From NCBI GenBank assembly GCA_026387355.1, contig JAPLLW010000012.1, forward strand, positions 1 to 60,611: a stretch of DNA of 60,611 bases, in the 5' to 3' direction. Source of the stretch: Candidatus Omnitrophota bacterium. Lineage in GTDB: Bacteria; Omnitrophota; Gorgyraeia; Gygaellales; Profunditerraquicolaceae. The notes beneath the pieces are model-generated. The model was given only the letters and a program-made list of their open reading frames with translations. It did not search any database and had not been told where the DNA came from. A program made the translations under genes and the position numbers. This document shows, in pieces, positions 7,733 through 15,318 of this stretch; position 1 is the first letter of the stretch, and each line of letters begins with the position of its first letter.

Positions 7733-8839
7733 ATGAGAAAAGGACTGCTTACATTAATTCTTTTGATTCTGGCTATTCCCCTGTATGCCGATACTATTTA
7801 TTATACAGATGGAACAAAGTCCGAAGGTAAGATTGTTAAATTAACAAAAGATATTGTTATAATTAGGGAAATAGTTAGTGGGGCTCAGTGTGATACTGAG
7901 GCTCCACGGTTGTTGGTAGAGCGTATAGAAAGAGACTCTGGGGTAAAGTCTCGGCCTATTTCGAAGGAAACGATTAAAAAAGAGCCTATAGTAATACCAA
8001 TAGAAGTTCCTGCGTCTGTTGTGCAGCTTCCTTCGCCTGATATTGATGAAGATTCGGAGCAAAAAAAGGTAGATTTGCCAGAGCATGATTTGAAGAAGTT
8101 GTCAATGCGTGAGCAGAAAGGACCAATAGAGGAAGAATCGGTCAGGTCGCAGGCACAACAAAGAAATTTAGTTCAAGAGCAGGTGCTAAATGAGAAGGTT
8201 GTGCAAAAAGAGAAGAAAAAAGAGCCTATGCCTATACTAAAAACAGAGCCGGTATTAGTACAGGGAAGAAAGCCTATGTCTGTGTTGAAAACAGAGCCTG
8301 TATTAGTCCAGGGAACAAAACCTATTCTGGCGTTGAAAACAGAGCCCGTATTAGTACAGGGGACAAAGCCTATGCCGGCGCAGAAAGCAGAATCTAAGTT
8401 TGAACAAAAAACAAAGCCTAAGCCGGAACAAAAAATAAAACCCAAACCGGATCAGAAGATAAAGCCTATGCCGGTGCAAAAAACAGAGTCAGTCCAGGAT
8501 AAAAACAAACTTTGCAGGTATTCATTTAAAAAACGCGAGGATAAGACTTTGATCTTTGGTGATAAGGTAACCATGCGTAGGGTCGAATTATCTGTTGTTG
8601 TTCCTAACGATACTTCTTTTACTCAACTTCAGAATCTTTTCTCTTATTTTCTGCAAAAAGAGTTGCTCAAGGATAAAAAACTCGATGCTTTTTGGGTTAT
8701 AGCTTACCGTAAGGCTTACAGTAAGGAAGGTATTCCAATGGCCTATGGTATCTGGGCTCCGCCAGGCGGTTGGGATGATTTTGTGCATATCCAGAATAAA
8801 GATCAATATCAGTGGCAGTACCGTCTAATTAAACGATGA
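7733..8839 (+). CDS. Secreted/lipoprotein-like protein with tandem LKTEPVLVQGTKP repeats and a Lys/Pro-rich tract
   Basis: Signal peptide MRKGLLTLILLILAIPLYA. The N-terminal ADTIYYTDGTKSEGKIV motif is also seen in the 48908 protein. Contains three 16-aa tandem repeats. Confidence 0.7.
   Translation: MRKGLLTLILLILAIPLYADTIYYTDGTKSEGKIVKLTKDIVIIREIVSGAQCDTEAPRLLVERIERDSGVKSRPISKETIKKEPIVIPIEVPASVVQLPSPDIDEDSEQKKVDLPEHDLKKLSMREQKGPIEEESVRSQAQQRNLVQEQVLNEKVVQKEKKKEPMPILKTEPVLVQGRKPMSVLKTEPVLVQGTKPILALKTEPVLVQGTKPMPAQKAESKFEQKTKPKPEQKIKPKPDQKIKPMPVQKTESVQDKNKLCRYSFKKREDKTLIFGDKVTMRRVELSVVVPNDTSFTQLQNLFSYFLQKELLKDKKLDAFWVIAYRKAYSKEGIPMAYGIWAPPGGWDDFVHIQNKDQYQWQYRLIKR
8240..8383 (+). repeat. Three tandem 48-nt coding repeats
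   Basis: AAAACAGAGCC.GTATTAGT.CAGGG.A.AAA.CCTAT... repeats at 8240, 8288 and 8336, in frame within the 7733 gene. Confidence 0.9.
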
Positions 8840-8877
8840 TAATTGAGTTTCTTCATAAAAGCCGGAGATAATTCCGA

Positions 8878-10014
8878 ATGAATCTTCTTCTATTGGCTTC
8901 TAAAAACTTGTGGCATAGGAAGATGCGAACTTGCCTGACAATATTTGGCGTGGGTACAAGTATCGCCGTTTTTGTTTCGTTAGTCGGCTTAGCAGGAATT
9001 TTTACAGACGCATTTCGGCAGATGTACAAGTCGCGTCAAACAGATCTAGTCGTGCGGGAAAAAGGAAATTTTGATTTTCTATCCAGCGGTATCGATGAGA
9101 AATACGCGGATAAGATTATGCAGATACCGGAGGTCTTAAGCGTAAGTAAAATACTTATTGATTTTTCATTATCCGGGTCAAAGGATTATTTTCTGGTATT
9201 AGGATGGGACCAAGATGCCAGTTTATTTTCAAAACTAAGAATCCAAGGTAGGCGCCCGGAGAGTGATGATGAAGCCTTAGTCGGAGCGACTATCTCTAAG
9301 AAATTTAACAAGAAGATCGGTGATAAAATAGAGGTAAAAGGCTCTAAGCTTACGATTGTCGGTATTTTTGAAAGTAAGAGCATGTTTGAAGAAGGCAGTG
9401 TAATAATCCCGCTAGAGAAGCTTCAAATGATTAAAAAAGTTCCCGGCAAGATCACTCTGTTTAATATTGTGGTTAAAAAAGGGGGTTTTTACGGCGGCAA
9501 GCCGGTAAATGATGAGGATCAAATCGAGCGTACTCGATCTTTAATTGCGAAGATGCTTCCGGATACCGAAGTCAGGAGCGTTGAAGATATAGTTTCGGCG
9601 GATAATACAATGACATCTTTTCTGAATTTTGCCTGGGCGATATCCATAGTTGCCTTCATTGCGGCAGTCTTAGGGATAATTAATACTATGGTTACTTCGG
9701 TGTTGGAGCAGACCAGCAAAATCGGTATTTTACTGGCGATCGGCTGGAGGAAGCTAAAGATTCTCTGCCTCGTTCTATACGAGTCTATATTGTTAGGTAT
9801 GCTGGGAGGCGTTTTTGGTTTAATTCTAGGATACGGAATAATGAACATCTTGGTACGTTCACCGCAACTACAGAATATTGGCAGAGTTAACTACAACTTT
9901 ATTTTCATGGCAAAAGTAATTATGGTCTCTTTGTTAGTGGGTTTTTTATCCGGGATATATCCGGCGATTAGGGCGATTTCCATTAAACCGATTGAGGCAT
10001 TACGTTATGAATAA
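8878..10014 (+). CDS. ABC transporter permease, FtsX/MacB/LolCE type
   Basis: N-terminal TM (LRTCLTIFGVG), large periplasmic domain, then a C-terminal three-TM FtsX-like block ending IYPAIRAISIKPIEALRYE. Confidence 0.85.
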   Translation: MNLLLLASKNLWHRKMRTCLTIFGVGTSIAVFVSLVGLAGIFTDAFRQMYKSRQTDLVVREKGNFDFLSSGIDEKYADKIMQIPEVLSVSKILIDFSLSGSKDYFLVLGWDQDASLFSKLRIQGRRPESDDEALVGATISKKFNKKIGDKIEVKGSKLTIVGIFESKSMFEEGSVIIPLEKLQMIKKVPGKITLFNIVVKKGGFYGGKPVNDEDQIERTRSLIAKMLPDTEVRSVEDIVSADNTMTSFLNFAWAISIVAFIAAVLGIINTMVTSVLEQTSKIGILLAIGWRKLKILCLVLYESILLGMLGGVFGLILGYGIMNILVRSPQLQNIGRVNYNFIFMAKVIMVSLLVGFLSGIYPAIRAISIKPIEALRYE

Positions 10015-10672
10015 AGAGTCCTTAATCGAAACAGTCAATCTTTCAAGATATTATAAGGATGGTAAAGTTCTGGCGTTAGATAATGTTTGCCTAAAGATAG
10101 CTAAAGGTGAGTTTTTAGCGATTAAGGGATCTAGCGGGAGTGGAAAGTCAACCTTACTGCATCTAATCGGAGGATTAGATATTCCTACTGCAGGGGAAAT
10201 ATATTTTGAGGGACAAATTGTCAGCGAGGTTTATAAAAAAAGAGGGTTCAGGTTGAACAATTTAGGATTTGTATTTCAAGCCTTTTATCTGTGGCCGGTG
10301 CTAAATGTCTTGGAGAATGTGTTGTTACCCTTAATGGAATCGTCTCTAAGCAGGCAAAAGAAGCTCCAAAAAGCAAAAGATATTATTAATCTAGTTGAAA
10401 TGAATGACAAGATTTCCTCTTCCGTGAGCAATCTTTCTATCGGCCAGAGGCAGAGGGTGGCCATAGCCAGGGCCTTAGTGATGGATCCTAAGCTGGTATT
10501 AGCAGACGAGCCGACTGGTAATCTTGACTCAAAAAACACAGAGAACGTCCTGTCTCTTTTTAAAACATTAAATAAGCAAAGAGACGTTACTATCGTTATG
10601 GTTACACACGAGGAAAAGGCACTTATTTTTTGCGATCGCTGGATTCAATTATCAGATGGTAAGCTGCAATAG
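10007..10672 (+). CDS. ABC transporter ATP-binding protein (MacB/LolD-like)
   Basis: Walker A GSSGSGKST, signature LSIGQRQRVAIARAL, Walker B LVLADEPTGNLD. ATG at 10007 overlaps the permease stop (ATGAATAA). Confidence 0.9.
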   Translation: MNKESLIETVNLSRYYKDGKVLALDNVCLKIAKGEFLAIKGSSGSGKSTLLHLIGGLDIPTAGEIYFEGQIVSEVYKKRGFRLNNLGFVFQAFYLWPVLNVLENVLLPLMESSLSRQKKLQKAKDIINLVEMNDKISSSVSNLSIGQRQRVAIARALVMDPKLVLADEPTGNLDSKNTENVLSLFKTLNKQRDVTIVMVTHEEKALIFCDRWIQLSDGKLQ

Positions 10673-10687
10673 TTTAAAAAGGTGTAA

Positions 10688-11638
10688 ATGGTCAATCTAG
10701 GTTTAGCGCTTCAAGTTTTAGCGGTATATTTGTCACTTAGCAAGCAAGGAAAGGGTTTCTTAAAAAAAGCCGTTGGAAAATCCCACCAGTTAGATAAAAT
10801 ATTAAGTAAGTCAGTTTTTACGGATCTTCAGAAAATACTTTATTTAATTAAGGCTTTTAAAGTTTGCGATAAAGTATTTAACCGTCAGGTATCAGATCAA
10901 TTATGTTCTGATCTTGGGCGAGAGAAATCCGCGATGTACTCAAGATTCGTATCTTACGGTTGGTTTAGTTTGTTGATGTGGGGTAAGGTACTTGAGGCAT
11001 TTAATCTGGTTTATGATGAAGACGCAAAGGAGCGCTGCGTCCTTGTTGCCTTCACGCATCGTGAATGGAATGACCTCTTTGATAATCAAGGCTATTCTTT
11101 TAAAGAACTGGTTATGGCTTTTGATTATCAGGCGACCATACCCAAGCAGCTGATTTTTCTAAGGCAGCTTAAACATATGGAGAGAAAACTTGCTCCGCCG
11201 GAACGTTTCGGCAAATTTTATCAGCATATGCAGGGATTTGATATTTGCAGTCTTTTTGAATATACGCCGGAAAAAGCCGAGATAATTTTGAATCAGGTTG
11301 CCCCGTTCATCGCCCTGCTATTTATGTATATCATGGTTTCGGAAATACCCGAGGGATTAAAAGAAGCCTTGAAGCCGGTTTCCAGATGGTTGTACATGTT
11401 GGATGAATTAGCGGATTTAGAGCATGATAGGCAGATAAACAGGGTAACGTATATGATTATGGTTAAGCAGCCTGAAAATGCGATGCGGGAACAATTCGAG
11501 GAGTGTCGCAAGGTTATATTGCGTAACGCTCCTAACCCGGATAAATTAATCAAATTTATGGAGACAATTACATCTAGGGTCATCGACGCAAGGAAACGGG
11601 GAACAAATATTGAGAGTAGTTTTTTTAACATCAGTTGA
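10688..11638 (+). CDS. Squalene/phytoene-synthase-like (class I isoprenoid synthase fold) paralog with degenerate Asp-rich motifs
   Basis: Paralog of 14078-15031 (KERCVLVAFTHREWNDLFDN, LDELADLEHDRQINRVTY, NAPNPD). Family assignment is by motif reading only. Confidence 0.45.
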   Translation: MVNLGLALQVLAVYLSLSKQGKGFLKKAVGKSHQLDKILSKSVFTDLQKILYLIKAFKVCDKVFNRQVSDQLCSDLGREKSAMYSRFVSYGWFSLLMWGKVLEAFNLVYDEDAKERCVLVAFTHREWNDLFDNQGYSFKELVMAFDYQATIPKQLIFLRQLKHMERKLAPPERFGKFYQHMQGFDICSLFEYTPEKAEIILNQVAPFIALLFMYIMVSEIPEGLKEALKPVSRWLYMLDELADLEHDRQINRVTYMIMVKQPENAMREQFEECRKVILRNAPNPDKLIKFMETITSRVIDARKRGTNIESSFFNIS

Positions 11639-11656
11639 ACACAGAAGTAAATCGGA

Positions 11657-12832
11657 GTGCTAAAAGTGATGAGAATAGTCGGAAAAAGAAAACTGATTCC
11701 GGAATTGTCGGAATTATTAAGTAAGCTTGCTGTTGATCACTTAGCCCAACAAAAATTTCTAGTTCAAATGGTTAGAATTACGGCAATGATCTCTAATCCG
11801 CTCATCAGAGCCGCTTTTTTCCGCGCTTATCTTAGGATTCACGCGAATAAGATTAATAAAGATGGTCGGCATGGCTCAGTAGTCATAGAGATTACCAAGC
11901 GCTGTAATCAACAGTGCCCACATTGCTATTCTCGGGTGCAGCGTAAGAAAAACATGAAGGCCAATACAATTAATCAAATAATAAAATTGGTGCGCAATAA
12001 TTATAAACACATTTTTATTACCGGAGGAGAGCCGACCCTGGATAAGCGTGTTTTAAGCATCGCTAAGATTAATCCGGATATCATGTTTTTTATGTTTACC
12101 AATGGTGGTCCGATCGACCAATCTTATGCCAGGAAGCTTGCGGCAGTCGGCAATCTGATACCGATTTTAAGCATTGATGGATATTCACAAAAGCAGCATG
12201 ATTATTTTAAAGGAAAGGGTAGTTACCAACGGGTTATGCGGGCAATTAAAGTATTAAATTCAGTCCGGATGCCTTGGGGATACTTATCCATGATTACCAA
12301 TATTAACGCCCGCCAAGTTCTTAGTAAGAAATTTGTTAAAGCCATGAAGCAGAAAGGCGCAATTCTTGCCAGGTATTTGGAGTTTTTTCCGGTGGGGCCG
12401 CATGCTACTCCAGAGTTGGTGCCGTCAGCAGAAACTTACTATTTGATGGAAAAAAGAAAACAGGAGATTATCAATGACGACGAAATATATATGCAGGAGA
12501 CGGTTCAAAAGAAATGTTTAGGTATGATATTTTTTGATGTGAATGGTAACATAAAATGCTGTCCATTTTTTCATTATTCCAAGCATAATATTGCCCAGGG
12601 AAATATCGAAGGGCTGATAAAAAGTTCTACCTTAGATTGGTGCCGGGCTAAATATCCCGGAGAATGTCCGGTTTATTCTGACCAGAAAGGGTTAAAAGCG
12701 CATCTTCTAAAGCGAAAATGGAGACCAACCATCTCATTCAGCCAAGGAAATTCAATTACTCCGCAATTAGCTAAAGTTATGTCTGATAACTACCGGTCAT
12801 TTCTAAAGATTAAAGCCGCTAGGCCCTTATAA
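11657..12832 (+). CDS. Radical SAM enzyme with Cys-rich C-terminal (SPASM/twitch-like) region
   Basis: CNQQCPHCY (CxxxCxxC), GGEPTL, and C-terminal KKCLG..NIKCCPFF..WCRAKYPGECP. The start may instead be ATG at 11669. Confidence 0.8.
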   Translation: MLKVMRIVGKRKLIPELSELLSKLAVDHLAQQKFLVQMVRITAMISNPLIRAAFFRAYLRIHANKINKDGRHGSVVIEITKRCNQQCPHCYSRVQRKKNMKANTINQIIKLVRNNYKHIFITGGEPTLDKRVLSIAKINPDIMFFMFTNGGPIDQSYARKLAAVGNLIPILSIDGYSQKQHDYFKGKGSYQRVMRAIKVLNSVRMPWGYLSMITNINARQVLSKKFVKAMKQKGAILARYLEFFPVGPHATPELVPSAETYYLMEKRKQEIINDDEIYMQETVQKKCLGMIFFDVNGNIKCCPFFHYSKHNIAQGNIEGLIKSSTLDWCRAKYPGECPVYSDQKGLKAHLLKRKWRPTISFSQGNSITPQLAKVMSDNYRSFLKIKAARPL

Positions 12833-14073
12833 TGAGAAACTGTGATCTTCCTACCCGAACAAATCCTTGGGGGATGGTTAAGACTATCGGCAATACAGTA
12901 AGCGCTGATAAGAAGTCTTTAATTAAGTATGTTGAATTTAATATTACTGGTAGATGCCAGGCAGGCTGTATTACCTGTCCGACCCCGCTAGCTTATCCTA
13001 ATGAAAAAATATTTAAGACAGATATTGATCTGAGGCGTGAATTTAAACTTTTCCAGTTTTTCTTGATCAAGCTAAAGAAATTAGGGATGGAGTTTGTGAC
13101 TATTTACGGCCGGGAACCTACGCTTTGGGATAAAGAGGCAGATGAGCCAAATAAGTTCCTAAAAAGTATGATTCTCTGGCTAAGTAAAGATTTAAAAGTC
13201 AGAGTTTGTTTAGCTACCTCCGGAATTTCCTTAGAGGAATCTGTTTTAAAAGTTTTATTCGACAATCATGGCGTATTATTTATGAAAGATTGGGGAAGTG
13301 AAGGATCTGTGGAGAAGTTGATAAAAAATAAAGGCGCCTACTCAAAAATCCGGCAAAGCTGGGATCTTGTAAAGAGTTTAGGTAAACGTTATAAGAAGAC
13401 CAGGGTCGTAGCCGAGTTTTTATATACCGGCATTAATCGGGGCGATCTTCTGGCGTTTTGGAGAAGTTGTTTTAAAAACGGATTCTTACCTTTTGTAGAG
13501 TCTCCGGTGATCAAGGGTAGTTGTGTTAAAAATTATAAACAATTAAATACCAACCCGGAAAGCTATGTTAGAGATATATATGAACTTTCTCTCCTGAATT
13601 TATCTTTGAGGTATGGGTTGAGCAAGTTAAAGGCGAGCCAAACTGATATTTGGCAGCCGCCTTATGGGAGCGTTTTTCCATCTCCTTGCGATAAGTTAAC
13701 CTATGCCAGGGGGCTATTTCTGGAGAGGAATGGCAACCTCAGTCTTTGTTGCGGAGTAGATAAGCGGTTAGGGAATATAAATGATAAGGATATTAAGCGC
13801 AAGCTGCAGGATAATTCATTGCTTAAGCGAATACGCCTGGCCTATGAAAATTTAGAAGGCTTTTGCGGTACTTGCGATTATAGCAGAGAATTTCATCTTT
13901 GTTATGGCTGCCGCGGTAACGGTTATACTTATCAGGGTAGTAGTCAGGGTGTATTTGGCCAGGATCCGATGTGCTTTGGTAAAATAGCGCTAGAGTTAGA
14001 AGGACAAGGCAAGCTTGGCAGTTTCATGAGTAAAAAGCATATACAGAAAATACTCGATTATTTTAATAATTAA
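12832..14073 (+). CDS. Radical SAM/SPASM-domain enzyme
   Basis: GRCQAGCITCP (CxxxCxxC), YGREPTL, and C-terminal LSLCCGV..GFCGTCDYSREFHLCYGCRGNGY. TAATG overlap with the previous gene. Confidence 0.75.
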   Translation: MRNCDLPTRTNPWGMVKTIGNTVSADKKSLIKYVEFNITGRCQAGCITCPTPLAYPNEKIFKTDIDLRREFKLFQFFLIKLKKLGMEFVTIYGREPTLWDKEADEPNKFLKSMILWLSKDLKVRVCLATSGISLEESVLKVLFDNHGVLFMKDWGSEGSVEKLIKNKGAYSKIRQSWDLVKSLGKRYKKTRVVAEFLYTGINRGDLLAFWRSCFKNGFLPFVESPVIKGSCVKNYKQLNTNPESYVRDIYELSLLNLSLRYGLSKLKASQTDIWQPPYGSVFPSPCDKLTYARGLFLERNGNLSLCCGVDKRLGNINDKDIKRKLQDNSLLKRIRLAYENLEGFCGTCDYSREFHLCYGCRGNGYTYQGSSQGVFGQDPMCFGKIALELEGQGKLGSFMSKKHIQKILDYFNN

Positions 14074-14077
14074 GACG

Positions 14078-15031
14078 ATGCTAGAGAAGATTAATATTCT
14101 TGGTTTATATATTTCATTGTCCGGTAACGGTAAGAGGCTATTTAGGCGCTTTGCTAGGATGTTAAATAATGCGCGCAGTCTTTCGTATTCACGGGAGCTG
14201 GTGGCAACAATTAATGATACTATGGGCGTCGATAAAAAGAAGTGGTTTTCCTGTATTAGGGCAAGCGACTCAGGATTTAAAGAGTTTATTCCAGACTGGT
14301 ATATCGCTGGATCTAAAATTAAGCCCGAACAATTATATTACCGATTTTTTAAAATGGGGGCTGTCCTTTTATACGAACATTCTAGTTTATTTTTAGCGTA
14401 TAATATATCAGTCGATACAAAAGCGAAGAAAAGATGCATTCTTCTGGCATTTCTGAAGCGGGTATACGATGACCTAATTGATAATGAACATATTGGGAAA
14501 GATATTTTATTTAATAGTCAGCCAAATATAGGATTAATGAATAATGCTGACTACAGGTTGTTTTTAGATTTAAGGAAAAAGATTAGGGAAGTAGCTTCAC
14601 CTTTGGAGTTCGTTAATTATTACGCTACCCTTAAAGAAGTAAATGATGCACAGGGCATTCTGGCTTGCGATAAGAGCGTAGAAAATACTATTCCTTATAA
14701 AATCAAGAATGGTTTTCTCCTGGATATGTATATTATGATGAATGATCTACCGGATGAACTTATCAGGGCTTTGGATGTTACCGCTGAGTTTTTTGCCTGC
14801 CTGGATAATTTTTACGATTATGACGAAGATCTGGCTAAGGGCAAGATCACTTACATTAATCAAAGCATAGACCCCAAAGGAGCTCTGGAACAAAAATTTG
14901 AGAAAGCCGCCGTATACTTACGAAAGAATAGTCCTAACCCAGACGGGTATTTAAAAGGATTAGGAAGTTTGATGAAAATCGTACTCTTTGCACGTGAAAA
15001 GAAACTAAATAAATTATCATCATTTGTATAA
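14078..15031 (+). CDS. Squalene/phytoene-synthase-like protein (class I isoprenoid synthase fold)
   Basis: LLAFLKRVYDDLIDN and LDNFYDYDEDLAKGKITYI resemble the two Asp-rich motifs of the SQS/PSY family (AxCRxxDDxxD; RDxxEDxxxGRxYLP). Confidence 0.5.
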   Translation: MLEKINILGLYISLSGNGKRLFRRFARMLNNARSLSYSRELVATINDTMGVDKKKWFSCIRASDSGFKEFIPDWYIAGSKIKPEQLYYRFFKMGAVLLYEHSSLFLAYNISVDTKAKKRCILLAFLKRVYDDLIDNEHIGKDILFNSQPNIGLMNNADYRLFLDLRKKIREVASPLEFVNYYATLKEVNDAQGILACDKSVENTIPYKIKNGFLLDMYIMMNDLPDELIRALDVTAEFFACLDNFYDYDEDLAKGKITYINQSIDPKGALEQKFEKAAVYLRKNSPNPDGYLKGLGSLMKIVLFAREKKLNKLSSFV

Positions 15032-15092
15032 ATAATACGATTGAACCAGCCATCTTAAGGCGTGTTAATATTTAATATAATCTGTCTTTTTG

Positions 15093-15126
15093 CAGGGCTA
15101 GACTGAATAGTTTTAGCCCTTTTTGT
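15093..15126 (+). terminator. Rho-independent terminator ending the 7733-15031 operon
   Basis: GGGCTA (15095-15100) pairs with TAGCCC (15114-15119), then TTTTT. Preceded by TATAATCTGT (15076-15085), as at 341-350. Confidence 0.75.
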
Positions 15127-15318
15127 TTATTTGGTATCCACTGCTACTTCCTGCGTTCTAAATCTTAGCTGGTTTAATCCCTCCTGAAAGCGCTTTCAAG
15201 AAAACCAAGTTTTGTACTTGAAATTAGCTGAAAGTAAAGCATACTTTATAGGTAAGCATGCCCTAAAGGCCGAATAAACATTTATAATAAAAACAATATG
15301 AATATTGAGGAGGATGCG

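Noticed and set aside
8240-8490. CRISPR-like regular repeats
   Set aside because: The repeats are directly adjacent with no spacers, are in frame and code for protein, and no cas genes are present.
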